Part shown: positions 37,327 through 51,890 of the stretch, in pieces
How positions within the stretch are numbered: the stretch's first letter is position 1
Layout of the letters: each line of letters begins with the position of its first letter
Origin: the human T2T-CHM13v2.0 reference genome, Homo sapiens
Strand: one strand, 5' to 3'
Length of the DNA stretch: 64,000 nt
NCBI RefSeq assembly: GCF_009914755.1
Contig: NC_060925.1
Made by a program: the position numbers and the translations under genes
The notes under the pieces: model-generated
The model's database searches: none
What the model saw: only the letters and a program-made list of their open reading frames with translations
What the model was told of the DNA's origin: nothing

Positions 37327-38949
37327 TCAAACAAAACAAAACAAAACAAAACAAAACAAAACAAAACAAAACAAATTAACCTCTTGCTGCCTCAGCTGCC
37401 TTCCACTGTGCCAAGTCCAGCATCTTCATTGTTCAGACTCACCTGTTGTCCAGTCACACACACACCCAGCACACACTCACTCTTCACTCCATCATATGAA
37501 GGACTTTACCAACACTGGGCACTGGTTCCCGCCACCCTACCTGGGCACAAGCAGTGCCCATCACCCAGGGTGCCACTCCTCAGCACCCTGGTCCTTTAAC
37601 ACTTCTCCAGCTGGAAAACTCCCCTCATCTTTTCTAACCCATGTCCAACCTGACATTCTCTGCCAAGTCTTCCTGAACACCTCCTCCCTTCTCCCAGTGC
37701 TCCTCACTGCCACCATTTATTAACTTGTCATATGGAATTTGCAATCACTTCTTTGTATCCTGATTTCCTCCACCAGACCAGGAACTCCAGTGGGGAATAA
37801 AGTGATCAGGTCTGATTGTATGCGTAGCACCCGGTCTGGCCCACAGTGGACACTCAATAGGTGAGGATTGAAATAAATGAATGAATGTGTGCATGCAAGC
37901 AGGGCGGGTTGAGGCAGGTGCTTTTTGCACCTCACCCCACTGAATTTTTACACAGCAGAGGAAGTTCAAGTTTATAGGAAGTCCAGCTTCTCTCTCTATC
38001 CTCCCCACCAGCCTTACCTCCACAATGCCCTGAGGCTTCTCTTTGCCTGGAACTCCATTTCCCAGGGCTGGCCCTGAATGTGTCGGGATATTGACACCCT
38101 AACATAGGGGGTCCTGGTCCATGAATAATTTGCATTTTATGTGCCCATGATCTAAATAAATATATATTGACTGGTAATTACAGTGTTTCCTCTTCACCTT
38201 CTTTCTGGTCTATCTCTTTGGACACCTAGGAATGTTGGCTGCAGGCCACAACCAGCTCAATTCAATTTAACAAGGATTCATCAAGCTCCACAGGCAGTGG
38301 CCCCACACCCAGCTGAGGGTCAGCATCTCCAGTGGAACCTCCAGAGATTCTGATTCCAAGCTTTGGGGTGGGAGATGAGGGTCTGTCACATTCAGAGAGG
38401 CAGAAAAGACAAGGAGAAGGCATTTCTGGTGGAGAAAATGAGGTGACTAGTAACAGTGGGTTGTACAGTTAAGCACAGGTCTGGTTTTCAGATAGAAAAA
38501 GCATTTTGAGGAGTCAAGGGTAATAAGGTTGGAAACAGAACTCAATAAATGCTAGTTTCCTCTCTATTTCCCTTAATTTAAAAAGGCAGATGATCAATTA
38601 GGTTTGGGAACCAGGTCTGGAGCCAGCGGTGCCCTGGGGAACAAGGACCCTGAACCCTCCCAGAGTGGAGCCTGACCCACTTCCGGTGCTGGGTCCTGTC
38701 TTTCCAGTTAACCTCTCCAGGCCTCAGTTTCCCTAACAGTTATAATCAACACCACAGCAACCTCTGGTTATTAGCGCTGTCCTGCCAGACACCAAGCCCA
38801 GCCTTTATCTCATTGAATCCTCATCTCAGCCCATGAGGTGGGGATCCTTCTCACCCTCACTTGACAGATAAGTTCTTGGAGGTTGAATAACTCACCCAAG
38901 GTCACCTGTCGTTAAAGTGACTGACTCTCTAGGCCTCGTCTTGAGCAAG

Positions 38950-39420
38950 ATGGGTGTATTTCGATTCAGATGGCCCACGTCAGGCTGGACACGCGGGCCC
39001 CTGGTGAGGCCTGAGTCCCTGGCCGGGGAGCTCCGCTAAGCTGCCCGACCTCCCATGTGCAGAGGGCGCTGCTGGGGCCACAGGCGAGGCTGCGTGGGGA
39101 AGCGGAGCGTGGATTCCAGCGCTTTCCCCTAGATCCAACTCTGAGCTGCTTTGCTATGTGAACTCAGGAAATGACCTGCCACAACTAGCAGGTGGGCACC
39201 CAGCCGGGGCTGGGGTTTGCACCCGGTTTCTCTCCAACCAGGCCGGGGCTGGCGGCCTGGGGAGTTCGGCTGTGGCGCCTGGCGCCCTCTGGCGGCGCGG
39301 GGAGGTCCTCCTCGGCCGCGGGCGGCCGGGACCGCTTGGAGCCGCGAAGGGACGTTTTTTAGGAACCACTAGCCAGGCGCGGGGGCTCACGCCTGTAATC
39401 CCAGCACTTTGGGAGGCCTA
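38950..39420. promoter_or_regulatory. Small intergenic CpG-rich element with CTCF motif(s)
   Basis: CpG cluster; CCGCCAGAGGGCGCC (minus) at 39281-39295; weaker GTGCAGAGGGCGCTG (plus) at 39057-39071. Confidence 0.65.
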
Positions 39421-41019
39421 GGCGGGCGGATCACGAGGTCAAGAGATAGAGACCATCTTGGCCAAAATGGTGAAACCCCGTCTTTACTAAAAATACAATG
39501 CTGTCCTCAAGGGTCTTCTTAGGAACTCTTCTGTGAGCTGAGTGGGGAAAACGGGAAAGAAGACTCGAGTCTGGAGGCTGAGATTTTGACACCGGCTTCC
39601 CCAGTCATCTTGGATGGGTGCCTTGAGTTCTTCCTATGGGGGACGGGAATGGCGATGGGGACAGGGATGGGGATGCCCCCTCCCTACGTGCCTCCAGATC
39701 GCCGTGGGACTCCTGCTGGATGCGACGAGTGACAGCCCCTTGTCAGCCCAGAAGCGCTACTATAGAGCAAAGACTTGTGTTCATGAGAAAATAACTGACA
39801 GTCCAGGATGCCAAGGACCAATGGCCCAGGAAGGAGCTGGGGAGAGAAGAGGAGGCAGCCCCGGAGAGGGGGCGTGAGCAAGACAGCGGGGCACTGGGGA
39901 AGGCCGTGGGGTTCAGCAGAAAGATACACTGTTTAGGGCAAAGGGAGCATTATGCGGGGATCCGGGCAATGGCATAACTTTATAAATGCTCATTTCTTGT
40001 TCCTTTCCCTTAATTCAAAGAGCAGATAGTAATGATGGTTATATTTGTTTCTACAAAACAAAAAAATTAAAATATTTGCTTCTCTGAGTGGGTTTCCCAG
40101 TGACTCAGGCAAGGTCCCCACACCACTGCAGGCTATATGGAGGCCAGTCCCCATCCCCCCCTGTTTTTTGGGCCTTCTTCCCAGGCACCTATCCAGGGAT
40201 CCCCACAGCATCACCCTCTGCCTACATCTCCACCTTCTCACCTAGCCTAGTTTTGGGGGATCATTCCTTGTTTTCCAGCCAGAGGACCCCTCAGTGAGAG
40301 CAGTGAGGGCAGCAGTGCCTGCACATGGAAGGTCAGGTCAGTGCACTGTAAAACGGGTCTTGGTTTTAGACATACCTGGATTGGCACCCAGGCCTTTCCC
40401 CTCACTGGCTGTGCTCCCAACTTGTCCAAGCCTGAGTTTTCCAAATAACTACATCATAATTATTAAAGATTAAATGAGATCATGGGCCTTGCATGCGTAA
40501 AACCAGATCTGGTGCATAAAAAGAAGACACGTGTTTGTTTTTAAAGCTTCTACGCCTCAAGTCATATATGTGAAGTTGCTTGACAAGGAGCATTGGCTGG
40601 GCTTCCCATCTTAGGAAAGAGGAAAGCTTGCAGTGTGTGGGATTGTAGAAGGGGGAGGGATTGTGTCAAAGCAACATGGTCACCTGCCCAGGGGCCTCCC
40701 GGCTGCACAGTGACCCAGGTTACCCAAAGGCTTTGCCCAAAGCAACTGACCACCCTGAGAGAAGGATGAGCAAGTATTATCTATTTCCCATTTTAATGAA
40801 ATAATAAGTTGAAACCAAAGCAGACTAATGACTTACCTGAAGTCACCTGAGCAGTGAGGATTAGAACTCAGGCCTTTGCTCTTACTGTTACCAGAAGTTC
40901 ATTAACTACACTGGCAGAAGGAAAGCAATCTTTATTGTAATTTAATTGAAAAGATACTACACATGAAATTCTAATTTCATATTCACATATCTTAGAATTC
41001 AGGGTGGAGCAGTAACTGA

Positions 41020-41172
<153 letters not shown>

Positions 41173-41815
41173 TGAATAGCTGGGATTACAGGCACCTACC
41201 ACCACACTGGGCTAACTTTTGTATTTTTAGTAGAGACGGGGTTTCACCATGTTGGCCAGGCTGATCTCAAACTCCTGACCTCAAGTGATCCATCTGTCTC
41301 AGCCTCCCAAAGTGCTGGGATTATAGGCGTGAGCCACCACGCCGGACCCCACACTGGTTTCTCAGCCTCTCGTGGTCGCTCAATATCAAAGTACCTCAAT
41401 TGACAAGTCTCTGATGTCCAGCCAAACCTCACATGCTCTGCTGCAGCCCACCAGCATGTGTTTTCAGTCACTTATTTTCAAGGAGGACAGAACATTTATC
41501 CACATAATCCTTCCTAAAATGGAAAACTGTTATAAATTTGATAACCATCCCAATCCCTTTTTACTTGAATATTCCTGAGGTACTTCCCTGTTACCTGAAG
41601 AAGCCTAAAGCTGTAAGAATTGGGAGGATGCCTCTGAAGTATCCATGTACTGAACAGGCTCTTGGGCAACACACGGGGGGAGGAGCAGGCACACTCATAG
41701 AGCACCCATGAGGCAAAGTGGCCAGGACAGAAACGTACTAGGCTTCCCCACATCCCAGCCAATCGGGCACAAGCACAGCCCTTCAGTGCTCAATCAACAC
41801 CTGCTGATTGAATAA

Positions 41816-41914
<99 letters not shown>

Positions 41915-44900
41915 TGAGACCAGCCTGGCCAACATGGGGAAGCCCCGTCTCTACTAAAAATACCAAAAAAATTAGAGAATTGCTTGATCCAGGGAGGTGG
42001 AGGTTGCAGTGAGCAGAGATCTACACTGCACTCCAGCCTGAGCTCCGTGTCAAAAAATAATAAATAAGTAAATAAATAAACAAAAAAATAAATACTTTAA
42101 AAAACCAAACCAGGAATGACCAGGTCCAAGGACAGTCTAGGAGTTGCACAGAGTTTTCACCCCAATACACCAGAGACCTCGTTGGGCACTCAGGCAACAG
42201 CCCAACCTGACATTCAAGCAGAAGAGCTGTCATTCATTCAAGCATTTGTTCAGCTGTGTTTATTGGGTACCATGCACTAGGATTGGGAAGATGGCCTGCA
42301 GCCCAGCTCTCATGCTAAGTGTTCCTGCAGGAGTGTCCAAGACACAGCTCGAGGCCAAAGTAGGGCACACAGGACGTGCTCCCACCTTGACTGACCACGT
42401 GGGGCCACGCATCCTGCTTCAGTACCGCATGGCCAGGGCAGCCTGGCCCCTCTAAAGGCTGTCCAAATGCATTTTGTAACTAAGCAATCCCCTTATGTGA
42501 TTCCTAAATCAATACTATACAAAGAGGTTTGTAATGAAAGGTCTCCCTCCTGCCCTGCCCCTATCTGCCACATTCCCACTGCCCCCCACAACCAGGTACT
42601 GTTTTAGTGGTTTCTGGTATATCCTTCTAGAATTTCTTTATCCAATTTTGTATTTTCCCCCTTTCTTACATAAAGGTAGTATACTACCCACACTGGCTTG
42701 GACCTTGAAAAGCGGGGTATTTCATTTTCAAAATGCTATGGACTTCATATAATCACAATATCCACTTCTGTGTTCCATCTAGTTTATTGGTAAAAGTGAA
42801 TACAAGTCAAGGCTTTACAAGTATTTTGCTCAGATGTGCAGAAAGGACTAGCTCTCCTGCTTGAAACAGTGAAGGAAAGCGCAGCCAGCCCCTTGGGCTG
42901 AGGCTGACTCTCGGTGTTTCTTTGGAGAGCGTTGCTTAGTAACAGTTGCAGGGGACACGCACAGACAGGGGGATGAAAGAAGGATGCAGGAGATGAGGGA
43001 GGGTGCATTTGTTTTCTAGCATGCCCCACGAGTGGGAGCAGTGGGAAAAATCTTTAGATCTTTTAACCACCAAAATCATGCCGGCTTACTGCAATCAACA
43101 ATCTAAAGTAAAATAAAGAAATCAAGAAATTAAGTGAAAAGTCAATCTCAATCCTACTTCCCCGAAGTAATGATCATTAATAGTTGGGGCAATAGTTTGC
43201 CCCATTTTATAGGAGAGTAACATGGAGGCAATAGGTAAGGAAGCGTTTTTCTGGGGTCCTAAGAGACACCCACTGGGAAATCGGGATTGGGGGGTACTTA
43301 AGGCTATGCTGCTCAGGGGTCCTGAGAAGAGGGCAGTGCAGGGAGCTGGGAACAGGGAGAGGGGGCTGGTTCCTGTGCGCAAGTGGCATCTGTTGCCTAT
43401 TATCAGGAGCAGAAATCCTAGCACTTCTGCTCACTGAGTCTCGTAACTGGAGTTGCCAGGGGCAACAGCACAGTCAAGCCCGGGCTACTCCACTTTACTC
43501 ATACTAGAAAAGAGCAGCGAACACAGCTTCAGTGGTGGGTGTTGGTCCCCATGGCCAGCAGGTCCCTCCCAGCGGTAACCCAGGGCCATGGGCCTGCACA
43601 CACCTCTCTGTGCTGCAGCAGAAGGACCTTGCCCCTCCCCAGTGGGAACAGATATAGTGGTGGGCTTGGCCAGGTGCCATGTGATGCACACTTAAGCAGA
43701 CTAAAGGAATATACATCAAGTCTAAACAGGAAAGACGCGCCCATGCAAAGTGACAAGTCCACCACAGGCTTGAGAACACTTTAGCTCTTTGTGAGGAATG
43801 TTCCAGGCCCATTCTCATGTGGCCTTTCAGAGGGGGCAGAAAGGCTGAGGCTGTCTTTCCCAACAGCACGCTCCCCTACTTTCAGTCCACTCCAGGCTGC
43901 CTTCTCTCGCTTCCCGTATTTGTCACATTGCGGTGTCCACATCTGTTCTCAGCCCTTGTACAACTCTGAACAAGGACAGTCTTTTGTTGTTCAGACAGGG
44001 TCTCGCTCTGTGGGCCAGGCTGCAGTGCAGTGATGCCATCTTGGCTCACTGCGACCTCCGCCTCAAGGACTCAAGCGATCCTCCTACCTCTACCCCGAGT
44101 AGCTGGAACCACAGGCATGCACCACAACACCTGGCTAATTTTTGCATTTTTTTTTTTTTTGTAGAGACGGGGTTTCACCATGTTGCCCAGGCTGGTCTCA
44201 AACTCCTGGGCTCAAGTGACCTGCCTGCCTTGGCCTCCCAAAGTGCTGGGATGACAGGCGTGAGCCATCGCGCTGGGCCAGGACAGTCTGACTGCCTAGG
44301 GCACACCCAGGCCTCACAGGGCACTGAGAGGAGCATTCAGCAAATCCTTAGTGAAAAGGCTGCGCTAACCCTCAATGCCAGCTCTTGCAGGGGTATCTGG
44401 TTGCTTTCCTGGTGGCTTGGACACCTGATGGGCCTAGAATGCAAGCTCTAGTGCCTCTGTCTGGGGCCTGACACACTGGGGGCTCTCTTGACCACCTCGG
44501 GGAGTTGCCAGCCCTCACTGACTGCCGGCAGCTCTGGCCCCAAGGCTCATCAGCCCTGTGAGAAGGTGGGAAGCTGGGAGGCGGAAGTCCTGGGTACTTC
44601 CTGGCCTCCCCAGACAGGCCTGAGGTCTTGGGGAGAGATGACTGGAAATTTTCTCCAAGGAATGGCCCTCTCCTCCTCTCCCTGAAGCAGGACCAGGGCC
44701 TCAACCACCCTCATTCCCATCTGGCCCTGATCATACCTGACTGAAGTTCAGAAGGGAAGGGCAGCAGTGCTCGGCAGGTGAGGACACATCTTAGCCAGGG
44801 TGACCCCGTGCACCAAGACATAAGATGGGGCCTGGCAGTCAGTAGGTCCTCAGTAAATGTATGTTGGTATATTTAGGCCTGGAAAAAGGGGTGGTCTTGC

Positions 44901-45059
44901 AGGGGATGGAGGAGAGGAAAATGCAGGCAACAATCTCTTGTCATCTAGGATGACTTGCCAGCAGGCCTAGCACAGAGAGGATAGGATTTGGTATCAGATA
45001 ACAGATTTGAATCCTGGCACCACTTCCTAGCTAATTAAAACTTGGGCAGCTTATTTCAT

Positions 45060-45955
45060 TTTTAAAAACATTATCGTGTATGATTTACATGCCATAAAAT
45101 TCACCCACTTTTAAGTGTACAATTCAATGACCATATGTATGGAGTTGTGCAAACCATCACCGTGATCTTATTTTACATCATTGCCATGGCTCCAACAGAA
45201 ACTCTGCGCTCTTCCCATTGCCACCACAGTCCCTGGCAACTTCTATTTCTGTCTGTATAGATTTGCATTTTTTGGACATTTCATATAAATGGAATCATGT
45301 AATACATGGCCTTTTGTGACTGGCTTCTTTTACTTGGCATGTCTTACAGGTTCATGTGTCTGTACTCGCATCTCTTTTACTGCTGAGTATTCCATTGTGT
45401 GGGTGTAACATATTTACCCATTCACCAGCTGATGACCAATTGGGTTGTTTCTACCTTGGGGCTACTTAATAACACTGTCATGAACATTCATACGCAAGTC
45501 TTTCTCTTCACTGTATAACTTGGAGCGAAATTGCTGAGTCATTTGTTAACTCTTTTTTTTAGAGGTAGGCTCTTGCTATGTTGCCCAGGCTGGATTTGAA
45601 CTTCTGGGCTCAGGCCATCTTCCCTTCTCAGCCTCCCGAGTAGTTGGGACTACAGGCGTGCACCACCACACCCAGCTTGTTTAATCTCTTAAGGAAGTGC
45701 CAGACTGTTTCCCAAAGTGGCTGCATCATTATACATCCCCACCAGCAATGCACAAGGGTTCCAATTTCTCCACGTGCTTGCCAACATTTGCTATTTTTTT
45801 TAAAACCAAGAACAGTCATATTTGTGGGTGTGAAGTGGTATCTCATTGGGCTTTGATTTGCATTTCCCTAATAACTATTTTAAGGCTGAGCATCTTTTGA
45901 CGTGCTTCTTCACCATTTGTTTATCTTTTTTGGTGAAATGTCTGTTCAAATCTTT
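45060..45955 (-). mobile_element. Old L1 (L1M-type) fragment with an Alu monomer at 45553-45677
   Basis: GACATTTCATATAAATGGAATCAT, CCAGACTGTTTCCCAAAGTGGCTGCA, TTTGCATTTCCCTAAT. Confidence 0.75.
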
Positions 45956-46462
45956 TTGGGCAACTTGGATTTAACCTCTTTGAGCCTCACTTTTCTGGGG
46001 AAAAAAAAAAATATACCCAGCTCCTAAGGCCATGAGAGTATGTGTGAAGTGTCTGCAAAGGGCCGGCCACATACTGGGGACTTTAAATGAGTTTTTAGTA
46101 TTGCACTTGCTGTGTTGGCCCAGAAGAATGACTTCCCATGTGCTCTCAGGTTTGGAGTTAGAGCTGGGGCTGCCCTGACTCAGTGGAATGGAACAAGGCT
46201 CCACTCTCTTCTCAGCAGGAGGGTGAAGGAAGAACACCATTTACACGAAGGGGCCATGGTGTTCCAGATGTTCTGTTGAGCACTGCCACATGGTCTCATT
46301 TAACACCCTGATGAAACATGGGCTCCATATTTATAAGGGATGAAACCCTGAGATCAGAGAAATTGGTAACTTCTCCCGGGCTGTGAGAAATTTGGTAACT
46401 TCTCCCGGGCTGTGGAGTAGAAAGCAGGGGAATCTAAGATTTGAACCCAGAGCTGATGCTGA

Positions 46463-46761
<299 letters not shown>

Positions 46762-46764
46762 TGA

Positions 46765-47187
<423 letters not shown>

Positions 47188-47674
47188 TAATTTTTAGTAG
47201 AGACGGGGTTTCACCATGTTAGCCAGGATGGTCTCGATCTCCTGACCTCATGATCCGCCTGGCTCGGCCTCCCAAAGTGCTGGGATTACAGGCGTGAGCC
47301 ACTGCGCCTGGCTGGCCTCGACATCTATACGGTGAGAAAAGAACAGTTCTTCCTTCAGAGGGCAGCTGTGAGGATCAAATGCTCAGCACAGTGCCTGCCC
47401 CACATCAAAGCAGACGGCTTTCCCCTTTATTCTGGGCTGCTGACCCACAACCCATGCAGCCCACTTGGCTCTTCCCTGCCATTAGCTTTGGCTCATTCTA
47501 GAACAACACCTTGATCCAGACCAAGGGCCTGGCCCCTTATTCCTCTCATCCCTACTTCTAGCCCTTGGACAGTGCTCTCGCAGAGAAGCAGGGAGGACCT
47601 CACAAGGGCATCAAGTTCTCCAGGATGATTATTTAAGATTAAGCCTAACAAAAGCAAGATATTTAAAAATAAAC

Positions 47675-47680
47675 TTTATT
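47675..47680 (-). terminator. PYCR2 poly(A) signal
   Basis: Minus-strand AATAAA about 555 nt after the stop, followed by a U-rich tract. Confidence 0.8.
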
Positions 47681-48234
47681 AAAGCAGTTAAACTTAGCAT
47701 TAAATAACACTCTTTAAATGGTACACCTATGAAGCAAGAGTTAAATATAAACCCAGTCTAATCCTGTACACTTGTGATTAATTGTGACAATCTTAAGTTG
47801 CTCACTTCTTTCCCATTTACCAATTCAGAGAAAGCCCGTTTCCTGTTTTCTCCTCACCACTTTGCCTTGGCATCACACCAACCCTGCCTCGGGCTTCAGC
47901 TGCAGATCCTCCCCAGCCCCTCCTCCCAGCTGGGCTGACTCCAGTCCCAGCCCCAGTCTCCACCAACTGAGCAGCGTACGCAGGGTTGTGTCTGGCTTCC
48001 AGCATCTACCACCCCTTCAGAGCAACTTCCAACATGGGACAGGAGAGGAAGCTCGCATTGCTTGGTCTGAACAGATTTAAGGAGGTTTTATCACAAGGAC
48101 CTGAAAACTTCCTAAGCATGCTTTCTCCTTGCACAGCTGAGGAGGGGCAATGGTGGGAGCGGGGCAGGGGGGTGGCAGGGGCGGCAGGGGCTCTCAACTA
48201 AGGGCTCTGAATCACAGAGGGGACAGATGCTGCC

Positions 48235-48423
<189 letters not shown>

Positions 48424-48986
48424 TTAAAGGAAGGCAATAAACCCTGGGGCCAGAGCTTTGAGTCTCCACTATCCACACAACCCTCAAGCTTGTTGATGTG
48501 ACACCACCAAAAATTAGAGCCCCAAGACAAACGCTTCCCAACTAGTACTTCCCAACTAGTACTTCTAAGAAGTATTAGTTACCTAAGTTAGGGTTTGCTT
48601 ATTTATCTCATTTGATCAGAGCCCCAAGTGGTATCTGTGATCACACGGGAAGAGTGACAGGCTTTGGAGTCATAGATTCAAATTAGAATCCTGTCTCCAT
48701 CACTTTTTAACTGTTTGACCTTGGGAAAATTATCTCTGAGCCTCAACTTCCCATCTACAAGTCAAAGTTAATCCTGGTTATCTGAAATGCAGTGAGAATT
48801 AAGTGAAGTAAGGCTTGCAAACTCTTAGGTAAACAAAATCTACTAAGTTGTGGTTATTAACAGAGCACAGACTCCAACACTGCTAAATGGGACCCAAGAC
48901 AGCAGGTTCCGCAAATGGTGCTCAACCCAGCCCAGGGACCAACCAGGACTGAAGGGTCTGGGACAGAAGTCCGCGGGATGGACTCA

Positions 48987-49151
<165 letters not shown>

Positions 49152-49235
49152 CTATGGGGAAGGGCACATTAGGAGAAAGTTGCTGGTGTGCGTTGGAACA
49201 GGCTTCCCATACCCACTGCTCCTGCCCAACTGCTA

Positions 49236-49436
<201 letters not shown>

Positions 49437-49607
49437 TCACTAAGCCCCAGGCCATAGGCACTGAAGGGCCTTTCCTTAGGTCTGCTTTCTGATGACTAGA
49501 ACTAGCTCCAAGGGTCAGCATCCTGTACCAGCCAGCTGTGCCCAAGAGGTGGGCGCCACCCCCAGTCCAAGCCTGCCTGCCAGCCCATCTTGCTGCCTGG
49601 GTTCCTA

Positions 49608-49859
<252 letters not shown>

Positions 49860-49922
49860 CTAGGGTGAGGGAGAGAGCCGAATGAGTGGCCAGGGCACGG
49901 CTCCCACCAGCACCCACCCATT
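49860..49922 (-). ncRNA. MIR6741: MIR6741 hairpin (5'-tailed mirtron-type) at the 3' end of PYCR2 intron 3
   Basis: G-rich arm GUGGGUGCUGGUGGGAGCCGUG pairs with pyrimidine-rich arm UCGGCUCUCUCCCUCACCCUAG, which ends exactly at the splice acceptor; sequence recognised from memory. Confidence 0.8.
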
Positions 49923-49953
49923 AGCTGCCATTCGTGGGTCAACCCTCCCCTCA

Positions 49954-50184
<231 letters not shown>

Positions 50185-50907
50185 TCACAGTGCTGGAGCA
50201 GCCTGGCTATGCCAAGGCCTCCCAGGGAGCAGCTGAACCCCTGCCAAACCGATTCTGCCAGATGCAGCCTGGAATTCTTAGCTTTATGCCCTCAGGGTTC
50301 TACCCCTACCCCAAATAATACAGTTTCCCATTGTTGCTACTGGACAAGTAAGCACAGGCTTGGAGCATGACAAGCTTCTCCATGGTAACCAGGAAGTGGC
50401 TGCCCTTCTTCCCTGCCAATCTTCTGGTATCTAAGGCACTCCTCTGCCAGGTAAGAAGGCCCTATGGTGAAAGTGGCAGGGCAAAGGGAAATGCTAATAC
50501 CTGGTCGTTAAAAGCACAGCTGAGTCAGGCCCTATCCTAACCCTGGCCGCTTGTTCGTGGGGACCGCACAGTCTCCATGTGGTCCAGGGCTAGGCTGGAA
50601 GCCATCCATCCCTCTATGACTCCAAACTGAGAAGCAGGACCCTCCAGTGCTAGGGACATCAGCCCACCCTAGGCACAGACACTGCCTGTCACCTGCCTCA
50701 TCAGCCATCCTCTCCCACAGAGCACAGGTTTTGGGTGAAGACTTGGAATATGTTTTTGGAGAACAGAACAACTAACTCACCAGATTCTTCCCAATATGCT
50801 CATTCACGACTCAGAATAACAGCAAAGTGGCCACTGTTGTAAATGAGGAAATAGCCTCAAAGTGGCTGAGTACTTTAAGGTCATACAACTCGTCTATTAA
50901 GAAAAAT

Positions 50908-51180
50908 GGCTGAGCGCAGTGGCTCACCCCTGTAATCCCAGCACTTTGGGAGGCCAAGGCGGGCAGATCACTTGAGGCCAGGAGTTCGAGACCAGCCTGG
51001 CCAACAGTATTCTCTACCAAAAATACAAAAATTAGCTGCGCGTGGTGGATGCCTGTAATTCCAGCTACTCGGGAGGCTGAGGTGGGAGGCTGAGGTGGGA
51101 GGCGGAGGTTACAGTGAGCTGAGATCGCGCCACTGCACTCCAGCTTGGGCGACAGAGTAAGACCCTGTCTGAAAAAAAAT
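50908..51180 (+). mobile_element. Alu in PYCR2 intron 2
   Basis: Alu consensus with an internal GGGAGGCTGAGGT repeat. Confidence 0.92.
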
Positions 51181-51480
51181 TTAAAAAATGAGTATTTATT
51201 AGGTACCTACTATGTGCCAGGTGCTTTCATCACATAATCACCTCAGTTAATCCTCTACCACTCCAGTGTCTGGATCTGACCCCCAGTTATGTCTCCCTGG
51301 GTGTTCCCACCACATTGAGCTGCCCAAGAGAAGGTGGAAAGATTGTCACGTTCCTGGAGTAAAGGTCACCGCCGGCCAAAGACCAGCACTTGGGCGCAGG
51401 GGCCGGCCAGACTCACTTCATCTCAGGTCATCCTTTTCCTGGGCCTCCACCCGCTTCCCACTCCGCCCGGCTCCACCTAC

Positions 51481-51551
51481 CCTGAGCGCGGACACCGTGG
51501 GCAGGTTCATTTCTGGGGAGCTGGCTATTATCTTGTGAGCCGACAGGATGC
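51481..51551 (-). CDS. PYCR2: PYCR2 exon 2
   Basis: ctgcag|GCATCCTG...CTCAGG|gtaggt; (G)[23 protein letters not shown]; 71 nt. Confidence 0.95.
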
Positions 51552-51823
51552 CTGCAGAAGACAGAGCTTTTCAACTAGGGGTCGCGGCCCAGCCCGTTAC
51601 CACGCTTTCCCTGGCTCTAAAACCCAGAGCCGTCCTAACAGTGCCAGTCTCCCTCTCCCCCTCAACCCTCTACGAGGACAGAAGACGCACTTGCTGCTCA
51701 ACCAGAGTCTCATCTACCCCACCGGACGCAAACTCCCCTTTCATTCGCTCATGCTGGTGGGACGGAGGCCCCCTCGGGCCTCGGGACCGCCCGCGAAGCC
51801 GCCTCCCGCCTCCACGCGCTTGC

Positions 51824-51890
51824 CTGCGGCCGTGAAGCCCCGCGCCAGAGCATAGGCCAGCTGGCCGGCCCCGATGAAGCCCACGCTCAT
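51824..51890 (-). CDS. PYCR2: PYCR2 exon 1 coding part (pyrroline-5-carboxylate reductase 2, Rossmann GxGxxA motif)
   Basis: MSVGFIGAGQLAYALARGFTAA(G); exons sum to 963 nt = 320 aa; donor is GC (CAG|gcaagc). Confidence 0.95.
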
